A DNA stretch of 63,599 nt, filler included, from Folioceros fuciformis (taxonomy: Eukaryota): assembly GCA_049999805.1 (NCBI GenBank). It is 7 parts of 7 records of this genome, joined end to end, with 100 filler letters (N's around TTAATTAATTAA, not from the genome) between each part and the next. Parts side by side here need not be neighbours in the genome. Positions count along the whole stretch, not along the records: positions 1 to 29,314 come from JBNGIO010006108.1; positions 29,415 to 40,054 come from JBNGIO010006110.1; 5 more parts are not named here. The stretch is one strand, 5' to 3'. This document shows, piece by piece, positions 25,981 through 36,878 of the stretch (positions are counted from its first letter, which is position 1; the number at the start of each line of letters is the position of its first letter). The notes beneath the pieces are model-generated. The model was not told the origin of the DNA. It did no database searches and saw only the letters and a list, made by a program, of their open reading frames with translations. The position numbers were made by a program, and so were the translations under genes.

Positions 25981-27953
25981 TCACAGGACCTGCTGTAATT
26001 GCGAGCTGAGGTCACGATTCCTCTCTTGCTCTTGCTTGAGGGCAGTCATCAGATTTTGCATCCTCTGTATGCTGTCCCTGAGTACACTGATAACCTGCTG
26101 CCGAAGATTAGGCTCATCTACAGCCGACCATGACAAACCTGAACCAGGCTGCTTGGTGGCGCGCTCTTCAGCCAACTCGCACTGCAACGCAACCAGCTGG
26201 ATGGACATCCACCCACATACATGTTTGGTGTCAGGTGCCAAACAGGGTTCACTGAATTTCATCAATGCGTACATGGCCAGCGGCATTGCCAACCTCTTGT
26301 TGGTAGTAGGAAACGTCATACTGAGCCTGTTGTTGCATGAGGATGAGCTGCTTCCTCAGAGAGGCAATTTCCTTTTCGTGTGCCTTCATCAGTCCAGCCT
26401 CTTTAGGCTCGTTTCGCCCTGGTTTTCGACTTTTCTGATTTCATACCTCAAGGGATATCACATTAGGTCTATGTGGTTGAAGTCTTGGAGAAGAGATAAG
26501 GCCGAAGCGTTCACCTGGTCAGGGCCTGGAATTTTATCAGATTCATCCCCTTCCTCGTCGTCGAGGACCTGCAGGAATGGAATGTGCAATGAGGATCTAC
26601 ACATCGTGAACCAAGCTGTGTTCCACTTGCATGAAGTTCACACCTCCAACTCGTGGTGTAGCACTTTCGGCTTCACGGACACAACATGCGTTCCCTTCAT
26701 CTTCGCTTCCACCTGTTCCTGTTCCTGTCCCTGCCCCTCAAGATTGTCTCCTCGCACCCCTGTTCCCTGGATTGCTGTGCGCGGGATGCTTGCCTGCCAA
26801 CATTCCATTCCTCATGTTTTGCTCACATATTTTGCTCACATACACAAGGCCATCCTCGTGCTGAAAGGTGTTGAGCTTACTGGAGGTACATAAGCAGGTC
26901 CTAGGGCAGCCGGCCGTGGTGATTCTGTTCCTCGTCCAGGACTGCCAGTCTGGGGAAACCCTGTCTGAGCTGTGCCTGACTGAGGCCACCGGACCACATC
27001 ATCATGTGAAGTTATACGAGAAATCATGCAAAATCAAGCAAGACCGTGGACAGACTCGTCACCAAGCCCTACTCTGCTTGCCGCTGGCGGTAGTAAGCCC
27101 GGCTCCCGAGCCCAACCCAGCCGCCGGATCCGGCACAGCTCGCCCATGACCCTCCTTGGGAAACGGGTCCAGCCGCTTGGGCGCAACCGGCAGAGTCGGC
27201 GTTGCAACCAGCGGGACGCTAGCAAGCACGAAGGGCCCACGCGGCCTCGCACCTCCACCTGCACCTGTAGGAAAGGGTGGAAGAGGCGGGGCCGGAGGAG
27301 GCGCAAAGGCCGTGGCAGTGCGCGGCAGAGCAGCAGCTCCTGGGACAGGAAACGGGAGGACAGGAGCAGCCGGAGGCCGCAGCTGCATCACGCATCACCC
27401 AGTTCCGGCCATGAGCAAAGAGCGCAAACCCTGGAACCACGAAACCACACATCTCCGCTTCCGTAGCAAACCTGCTGAGCTCCACCGGACGAAGGCACCA
27501 AACCAGGAAACGGCGTGAGAGCCACGTTCGGCTTCGCTGCAGCCGGCCCCGGCTTCTGCACACCAGGAAGGATGCCGACGCCGGGAATATGAGCAGGCAT
27601 GCCGAAGCCTGGAAACCTGGCAGCATGTCATGGAGCGCAACAGGCTACCTTTCTAGAAACATCGTCAAGCCTGCGCTGCGCGGCAATCCTCTCCGCAATC
27701 TGAGCGTCGAAGCTTGCCCTCAACATCCTCACGGTGCTTCTTCCCTCGCCGGCCCCAGCTGGTGCAGCAATCGCCTGTAGGCAGCAGCAGAGGTCGAGGT
27801 AGTCGCCGTTCAAATGCATGGCCAGCGTGGGAAAAAGGAAGCAGCCTCGCAAACCTGATTTGCTGCCGCTGCCGCTGCCGGCTTCGCAGTCCCCTGGCCC
27901 CGAGAATTCAACTGTCCTCGATTGCTGGGCTCTGCGCTTCTAACAGGATCCAT
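25981..27953 (-). CDS. Uncharacterised multi-exon protein with Pro/Ala-rich middle and coiled-coil C-terminus
   Basis: Manually chained exons MDPVRSAEP...|AIAAPAG...AERIAAQRRLDDVSRK|KPGPAAA...|LRPPAAP...|...|...AHEKEIASLRKQL...|LVALQCELAEER...QLQQVL*, mostly with canonical splice sites. No family recognised. Confidence 0.6.
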
Positions 27954-28263
27954 CCCGTCTTCAGGCCGCCTCCCGCGACATCACATCTATGCACGCCTGT
28001 TACGGAAATCGTCCATGTCCGGGGGCTATGAAGTAGCCCAACCACCATGGTCCTGGCCTTGTAAATGTAAATAGCCTTGTATTTAATTAAAACTATTTTT
28101 TATGAATGATAATACTTTATTATTATTNNNNNNNNNNNNNNNNNNNNNNNNNNNNNNNNNNNNNNNNNNNNNNNNNNNNNNNNNNNNNNNNNNNNNNNNN
28201 NNNNNNNNNNNNNNNNNNNNNNNNNNNTCATGAGTTTGATTGAATCAGTGATGATGTTTCTAA

Positions 28264-29314
28264 ATGGCTAAATCCATTTGTTCTTGTATACCTCCACTTT
28301 TTTCAGAATTTGTAAATGCTTTTGTGGACTTTAATGTTGGAGGCCAAGTTTTAGGTTGCAACATAAAATTTCCGCCAAACAACCTAAAAGAAAATAAAGA
28401 TCTCACAAAAGCACCCAACAATTCAACAAGTTTTGAACCCACAACCTTCTTCCCTAAAGTGGAGCGTCTTGTTGCAATTGGTGATCTCCATGGTGACTTT
28501 GAGAAAACCACGGAAGCACTTCGTGTAGCTAGACTGATAGACAGAAGTGCCAATTGGGTTGGACAAAATACATTCTTGGTGCAAATTGGTGACATTTTCG
28601 ACAGAGGAGGGGGTGAGCTTAAGATATTGTACTTGTTAGAAAAGCTTAAGAGACAAGCCTTAAGGAAGGGTGGGAATGTTATTGTTTTGATCGGGAATCA
28701 CGAGGTTCGAAATACTTTAGCGAGGTGGCAAGACACTACTCGGGATGGCATTGAAGAATTTGTGAATTGGAGGAGATGGTATAAAATTGGAGAGTCATTG
28801 AAGAGAAGGTGTTTGGGGACTGTGTATGCTAAACCACAAGATGTGGACTCTATTCCAGAAATACCTCCAGTACTGGTGGGTAGGATGGAGGCTTTGAGAC
28901 CAGGAGGTCCAATTACTTCTCGTTTCTTAGCTAGATATCCTATCGGAATCATGGTAGGAAGTACTGTGTTTGCGCATGCCGGAGTCTTAGAGAAAAACAT
29001 CACCGCTGATGGTGGATTGCATGAAATCAATAAAATGTCCTTACCATGGCTGCAAGGAAAGACAAGTTTCAAAGCACCGAAACCTGTTGGAGAATCGAAT
29101 TCGTTAATTCAAACACGAAAGTATAATGAACTTAGGGAAGGACCTGAGTGTAGAGTTATGAAAGAACTTTGTAAACTGATTCCTGGAATGAAGAGGATGG
29201 TAGTTGGTCATTCTATCCAAAAGGATGGCACAATAACCCACCATTGTAAACACACCTTGTACTTAATAGATATAGGAATGTGCAGAAACATAAGGAATGC
29301 TGAGCCTGAAATAT
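28264..29314 (+). CDS. Shewanella-like protein phosphatase (SLP2-like metallophosphoesterase), intronless, 3' truncated by a gap
   Basis: GDLHGD, QIGDIFDRG, GNHE, FAHAG, RMVVGHSIQ and IDIGM motifs; N-terminus resembles plant SLP2 (F.D.FVD..V.G). Confidence 0.85.
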
Positions 29315-29611
29315 NNNNNNNNNNNNNNNNNNNNNNNNNNNNNNNNNNNNNNNNNNNNTTAATTAATTAANNNNNNNNNNNNNNNNNNNNNNNNNNNNNN
29401 NNNNNNNNNNNNNNTATTATTATCGTGTATATGCCTGACCTTAAATATTATCTTGCATACACATGTTATACAGTTTAAAGGCTGCAGTCATGGACAGTTT
29501 GTGAACCTTATAAGGAGACTAGCCCTTGCGATCAAGCTTGTTGAAATTACAAATCCCTTGACAAACTTTGTGATTAACAATGAGAAAGGCCTACCCACCC
29601 GCAAAGCTGAA

Positions 29612-30173
29612 GAAGAAGTTCTTCTCAGGAGTTTCAAAATGATCAAGGGGAGGGGTTTTGCGCAAAGCCAATGTGGCGATTCTGGAGCACAGCGGGAAGA
29701 GGCAGATCCAGCTGAAGCTGACCCTGCTGGAGGACGTGCTTTTGGAGCAAGGATGCTCTGAGGAGGAGATCTTGGAGAGGGTGGAGGCTGCCCGCAAGGC
29801 TTTGGATGCTGCAGTAAGAGATTTGAATGGTGCCGATGAGCCCGTCAGGTTTGTCGCTGTTTTTCTTGCATCTTGTCTGGTAGGTTACGGTTTGATAAGC
29901 CTGCTTACGTGTAGGATTTTGCTTACAAGCTTTGTTTTCTGCGGGATGGGTAACAGGGTTTCTGAGACAGAAACGCATCAAATTGCTGGCAAGGTGGAGC
30001 GTCATCTGAAAACTATTAAGTCAGGTCGGGGCATTGATGGCGCGAAAGACGGAGAGGCTTTTGACCGACAGCTTCAAGAGAGTCGGAAGCAGGGGCAAGA
30101 ATTGGAGTCGGTCTGGCCTAAGGAGGAGAAAGAGTTGGAGAAACTGAAAGAAAGCAAGAGAAAGAGGGGCACA
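29612..30173 (+). pseudogene. Truncated, diverged duplicate of the CWC21 gene at 32599-35183
   Basis: [25 protein letters not shown]...SETETHQIA is near-identical to the downstream gene. It lacks the MYNG start, has a shortened intron and has internal deletions. Confidence 0.85.
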
Positions 30174-32598
30174 AACGGGGCTCACAAGCGCAAGTTTCTC
30201 CCCTCGAGGATGCGGGAGTAGGTCATCGGAAGGCCAGATTGTCTGCACCGCAAGCATTGAAGATGCTCCGAGTACTCACTGCTGCCCTGTGGATTCTTTC
30301 TGCATGCTATCCTGACCAGGAGAAGTAGTGGCCTGTCTGGCTCAACTCCTGGACGCCAGTCTAGAGGGCGGGTTAACTCGTCGTCCTTTCAGGTAATCCA
30401 ATGCCCCAGGCTTCACTCTCGGAAGCACAACCTACCCCTTTCCACCAACCCACGTTATAGGTAGTTTAATTTCAGCCGCTGTAGCTGCAAAGCCCCGGCC
30501 CCCGCTCCCGTGCAACTGGCCTGGCTGCACAATCTGGTCATCAGATCGAGCGTTGAACGTGGCTGTCCTTCACTGCCCTCATTTCCTCTCCAATCACGTC
30601 AGCATACGCAACAATAGTTTCAAGGACCTGTCCTCTACTAGCTTGTTTAACTTAGGGTTTATGACTTTAGTGCTGCGTGTTTGCAAGATGGATAGCTTTT
30701 TGCAGGTCTCCTCTCGAGCCATCAATGAAGATAAGTTCGAATTTCCTCACATTCATTCACCTTGCTTAGTTTCTGGCCTCGGAGCAAGTTCAGGAAGAGA
30801 TTTTGACATGCTCACGCTGAGATTACGAGAGATGTTTGGATTTCCAACTGTGTTACCGAAACCGCATTGCAGCAGATACAAGTAACGTGAGTTAAGCTTG
30901 CAATGCATCCGGTAGGAAGGCTATTGAAGTTAGCACGGGAGGGTTCTCCACAACTCTTCCACTGAGCTCTCATAAGCTATTGCTCTTTGAGAATTGACAG
31001 TTTGTTTCACCAGCCTTTCCTCCAGGTTCATTTCAGTGGTGATCAGTACTTTCGGCTGCCACCATTCAGCACCTCTGGATACATTTAGGCGTACCTGTGG
31101 GTAATTGTCTTCAAATTCTCTACTCTTATGGGAATGCACCCTCCTTCTACTCCACATGAAAATCCACCCTCCCTAAATTCTTCCCTTATGAAAGCCCACC
31201 CTTTAGTCCGCTCGACCACAATACATCAAACTGGAAGCTTGCCTGGCAAGCAGCGGGTTTTCTCACCACCGTCGACTGTTCCCGGGAGCGGCATTAGTAG
31301 GTTCTCACGCCCTGCTCCGCCAAGCTTGGCAAACCTAAACTGACTTCTATTAGGCAACTTTCTGTCGGCGCTTTTAATCTCTAGTCTGCTTGAGACGCCC
31401 GCTTCTCGAAAAATTCATAAGCCCTGGCCTATTTTGTTGGTTTATTGTCTTGTTGCGCTCTGGCCTGTTTGCTTGGAGCCCTTTATGCGCTTCTTTGCTT
31501 GGGACCCTTCTGCTCTCTCTAGTTTCCAGCACGTCTTATTTCTTCCCATTACAAAGTGGGAAATGGTACATGAAGAAGATAACGGAAGCTGGTCCTGGAA
31601 GCCCGTGGCACATGGCGCGTCAAGGAAAACTGGCCTCAGGGTTTCAAATTTAGGGTCTAGGGTTCTGTTCTGCGTCTCCTGAGCATGGGCAAACCACAAC
31701 CATTGTGCCACTTGGGCACCCATCACAGGAACTCCTGCACCTTGGTGGACATTCCCATCGCTGGAATGCCCCTTCCCCAGCCATTCATTTTCTCGGGAGT
31801 AGAACTGTCGGCTCCTTTTCTGCTGCACCTTGAGAAGTTGTTTGTCTTAGGTTCACTGCCTCAAGGTGAGGCCATGGGGTGTTTCTCATAGAATCCCTGG
31901 CAACAATGATTACATCGATGGCAATGGATGCCATTTCGGTGGCTGGATCGAACGCTGTGCGTCTGCCAGCCCCAAGCTCCCCCGTCAGCACAAGCAGCCA
32001 GTCCTGGCATGTAGATGCCTTCACTCAACTGGCAATTGGTAAAGTCAGGGCTATCAAGCACACACTGCCATGGCTTGCACACTGCTCGTCGAAGTCCATA
32101 AACCGTGACGAGTGGCGTGCTAAGCACTACAAAGCTAGGTCATTCGGTAAGCTAGAAATCAGCAGCTCCTTTTAACCATTGTGCTCTTGTCAGTGTAATA
32201 TCAAAAACCCCTGAAGGCAGTAAGTCGATCACACCTGTCCTAGCTGGTCTAGGAGGGCCGTAGGTCACGTGGATTTAGAAGACAGTAGCACTGGCTTTCC
32301 AGATTCACTGCCGATGCATTTTGCATGATCTTACCTGATTTTCTGCAATCCGGCACCGACTGGAGCCTGGGTGCCAGTTATCGAGCCTTCAATCTCGCTG
32401 ACATCACCGGAGGCTAACGAGATGCAACCCCAAGGCGACCTTTCGAACCAGTGATAAACTCGATCCGGTTCCCCTAACCAGTTGTCGGGCCAGTTGAAGT
32501 GTGTTACTACTTCGCTGTGGACTCCCCAGTGTCTTTATTTTTTTCACGATAAACCTCTACGACCCAGGAGCGGGGCGTCGGAGGAAGCCGCCGGGAGG

Positions 32599-35183
32599 AT
32601 GTACAACGGGGTGGGATTGCAGACCCCGCGGGGCTCAGGGACCAATGGATATATCCAGACCAACAAGTTCTTCGTGCGGGTGCGGCCTCTCAACTCAGAG
32701 CCTCAGGAGTTTCAAAATGGTCAAGGCACCGGAGGGGTTTCTCGCAAAGCCAATGTGGAGATTCTGGAGCACGACAGGAAGAGGCAGATCCAGCTGAAGC
32801 TCACGCTGCTGGAGGACACGCTCTTGGAGCAAGGATACTCTGAGGTGGAGATTTTGGAGAGAGTGGAGGCTGCCCGTAAGTCTTTGGAGGCTGCAGCAAC
32901 AGCTTTGAATGGCGCCGATGAGCCCGTCAGGTTTGTCTACGTTTCTTCCTGCATCTTTGTTTGATAGGTTACGGTTCGGTGAGGTTGCTTTCACGTGTGT
33001 CAATGTGTGCTGGTCCTGTATGTGTCTGGTGGGGGATGGAATCTAGTCACTGAACAACCTTGTCCCTCTAAGTACTCATGAGAATCTTGACCTGGTTTGA
33101 TAGTGTAAGACAGCAATTTAATTTATCGGAGGCACACTGCAGTGTTAGTTTTAGGTCATAGTTCTTCTGCAGGCTGTTGCTGAGAGGACGTGGAGCAGAG
33201 ATGAATTTCTCTTTCCGGAGGCATTGCTCGCGTCGAGCTGGACGGCCCCGTTCTGCCTGGAACTCTCAGCCTTCATACACACAGCGGCAAATCATGATGT
33301 GGACTAATAATCTGCCTTAGTCCACCTGTGTATTGAACGATTATTGGTAGCGCAGTGGAATTTGTATTTTTTCTGGTGAGACACAGCAGAGAGCAGTCCA
33401 ATCTATTGTACATACAGCTCAGTAAGTCCTTGAGGTCATAGTCCCTGGGTAGACTGATGGTTGCAAGATGTGTTTTGAGGATGTTCCTTTGTACTGATGC
33501 AGTGCTCTCTTTTAGGTTGATGGTCTCGTTTGTATGGGGTTTTCAGCCTGCCTACGTGTAGAATTTGCTTACATCCTTTTGGTCTGCGGGATGTACAGGT
33601 TTTCTGAGACAGAGACGCATCAAATTGCTGCCAAGAAGGAGCGTCAACTGCAAACTATGAAGTCAGCTCTGGGCATTGATGATGCGAAAGAAGGAGAGGC
33701 ATTTGACCGAGAACTGCAGGAGCGTCGGAAGCAAGAGAGAATAATGGAAAGAGAGGAAAAGGAGGCAAAACGCAGGGAAGCGCAGCTTGAATTTGACAGG
33801 CAGCTGAAGGAAAAGGAGAAAGAGTTGGAGAAACTGAAAAGAAAGCAAGAGAAAGAGGAGCGCAAGCAGAAGCAACTGGAGGAGGAAAAGCTTCGGGAAG
33901 CCAAGAAGAAGCAAAAGGAGGAGGAGAAACAAGAAAGGCGGAATGCAAGGCGCAAGAGGGAGGAAGAAGTCCTTGAAGAGAAACGAAACAGGAGACGGGA
34001 GAAGCGCAAGGAAGAAGAGTATGCGTCAGAGGATGGGAAAGATCCTCGTACCAGGAAGAAAGAGGCTCGTAGAAGAGAAGATTCTGATGATGACCGCCAG
34101 AAGCCTAGCAGAAGACGAGTGCGGCAGAAGGGAGGAGATTCGGAGGAAGAGCGAGAAAAGTCTAGCAGGAGACGAGAGAAGTACAAGGAAGACGTGGAGG
34201 AAGGTAGAGACAAGCCTGGCAGAAGACGAGAGAGGCACAAGCACAAGGAAGATTTGGAGGATGAGCAAGAGAAAACCAGCAGGAGACGAGAGAAGCGCAA
34301 GGAAGAATTGGAGGAAGAGAGAGAGAAGCCTAGCAGGAGGCAAGAGTGGCACAAGGAAGATTCAGAGGATGAGCGGCAGAAGCTTGACAGGGGAGGAGAC
34401 AGGCTGAAGGCTGAAGATTCAGAGGAAGAGAGAGAGAAGCCTAGTAGGAGGCAAGACAGGCACGATGGAGATTCAGAGGATGAACGGCAGAAGTCTAGCA
34501 GGGAAAGGGACAGGCAGAAGCTAGAAGATCTAGCGGATGAGAGACAAATGCATACCAGGAGAAGGGACAGGCATAAGGAAGATCCGGGTGATGATGGGAA
34601 AAGACCTGGCAGGGGGAGGGACGTGCGTAAAGGAGATGGTTCAGAGGACGAGAGAGAACAGCCTATTAGGAGAAGGAATGTCCACAAGGCAGATAATTCT
34701 ACGGAGGTCGAGAGAGAAAAGGCCAGTAGAAGGGACAGGCAAAAAGTAGACGATTCGGAGGGAGAGGAAGGAAAGCCTAGCAGACGGAAAGACAAGCTCA
34801 AGGGAGACGACAGATCCGATGAGGAGAAAGAACATCCCAGTAGGAAAAGAGACAGGCACAGGGGAGAAGACTCAGAGGATGAGAGAGAGAGGTCTGGCAA
34901 GAGACGTGCAAGGAACAAAGGAAGAGATTCATCGGATGAAGAGAAAGAACACCCCAGCAGGAAAAGAGAGAGGCATAGGCGAGAAGACTCAGAGGATGAC
35001 AGAGAGAGGTTTGTCAAGAGAAGCGTGAGGTACAAGGAAAGAGACTCATCCGACGAGGAGAAATGGACTTCCGGAAGGAGAAGAGACATGCATAAGGATG
35101 GAGGCTCATCAGATGAGGAGAGACAGAAACCAAGTAAGAGAGTTGAGCAGCGCAGAAGACAGAGGGATGCGGAACATCGGTGA
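32599..35183 (+). CDS. CWC21: Pre-mRNA splicing factor CWC21/cwf21 (SRRM2-like) with long charged RE/RD repeat tail; exons 32599-32930 and 33599-35183
   Basis: Diagnostic N-terminus [22 protein letters not shown]; cwf21 domain [23 protein letters not shown]. Confidence 0.93.
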
Positions 35184-36878
35184 GCCATGTGGCGTGCATT
35201 CTTCGTGGGCTGTGCATCAGCTGTTAGACTATGGGCCAGGGAGATCCTTATAGCTGTGAGCGTTGACGTGTGTTCATGAAATCAACGTTGGCCCCTAGAC
35301 GCCTTGAGTATTTATCACCTACCCTTCCCTTTAAGAGTCGAGGGACAAGTGCAGAGAGATCCTGGAGCTTTGGCAGGTTTTCAAGCCATGGTTTACAAAA
35401 TCTGTAATTGTACATTTCTGATTGCTTGCGCGTAACCTTTTGTTTTGTCCAAGTTGTTTATTGTCGCTGGAAGACGTGGGCCAAAACTACAGTGCGCAAC
35501 GGCTGGCGGGCGAGGCACAAATCTTTGTCAATTGTAGAGGATGAGACACGGGGACGCATGTTGAACTGCCTTTGACTGTGTATTCAGCGGTCCTGCCTGC
35601 ACACGGAAGGCACTTTTCCCAAGGAAGCAACAAGACACCTTCTTGAAGATCCGATGATCCAACAGATGAATGATCTGTCAAGATTATGCTCGGTGCAGTC
35701 GGCAGAGTGTAGAACTGTGGAAACGTGTGACTAGAACACGCATGACGTGGCTGTAGCCTGGATGAAGGGGGGGAGTGTGGACACACGAAATGGAATCTTC
35801 TGACTGGGTGAAGCCTGTCATCAAGCCATGAAACATGTTGCAGCGGAGGTTCTATTCCAATTTCGAAGCTGACAGCTGCTGGTGACAGCAGCAGGACAAG
35901 CTGTGAAGCGCGTGGATTGATGGATTGCCCGTTTTCTAATCCTCGCAAGGGGTCATGGTGAGAGGAAGCCTGGTCGAAATCTCTGCAGGTCTTGTGATGA
36001 AACACGCGTCACTAAGCGTGTGGGGGTGTAGCAGAAGTCGATGCTCCTCGCGTATGGAACGCGGATCTCATGCTCAACCCGTAGAGGCCGTTGGGGTTGA
36101 AGGCTCCGGTCACGTTTCTCGTTCTTGTGGCGCAACCTCACAGGCGGCACCGTTTCACGGCTCTCCTCTGTCGTATACGAGGGATTGCGAGTTCTCGCTC
36201 TCCGCACCGCCGGAGGATTACAACGCTATGCGACTCAATTAATTCACGCAAGTCTCGCTTTCATCGGGTTCACTTTCTTTTCGACATCTGTATGTCCCCC
36301 GAAACCCTGCTCATAAGATTAAGATTCGGAGCAAGACGCATTACGTTGTGTTATATGGCCTACACGAATCTGACGCTACCGTTCCGTTGCTCACCTGTTT
36401 CACACTGCGGGAAATTATTTTCACGCGGTAATCACGGTAGAATTGGATGTGAAGCGAGATTATTTCCACGGTGGACGAATAGGCGTTGGACCTGACAAGA
36501 TCAAAACATGCAGACACAGCACAGATATCAGCGACTTGATTTTATTTCGAGCATAATGTCAACATCCTCATGTGACATGACATTAGTCCTGATTTCTCAG
36601 AAAGGGGAAATCTTTCCTTCATTACCGACAAAAATTAATTGTTGCGAATGCAACATTCTCAACTAAAGATGTAATCCCACAAAACACCATGTACAAAATG
36701 TACTTGTACGAAGGCCGGGAAGCAAATAAAGACAAAATGCAACTATTGCGGAAGATGAATGTGTTAGACGCTGAGCAACTATCAACCAAAATTGACATCC
36801 TCAAGATGGCAAAGCCACAACCACGGTTCTGCACAGAGAAGACCTCCCCCAAATGAAGGCAACTTTCACGTGCAACTG

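Noticed and set aside
25907-26893. 328-aa plus-strand ORF
   Set aside because: Antisense to a spliced minus-strand gene; Cys/Ser/Leu-rich composition typical of shadow frames.
29315-29414. TTAATTAATTAA palindrome flanked by N runs, recurring at ~40099, 48272, 52699, 57010 and 61133
   Set aside because: Artificial all-frame-stop linker inserted at scaffold joins; not biological.
33644-35188. 514-aa antisense Ser/Leu-rich ORF
   Set aside because: Shadow of the purine-rich CWC21 repeat exon.
35487-36495. Short ORFs between CWC21 and ADC
   Set aside because: No recognisable motifs or supportable gene model.
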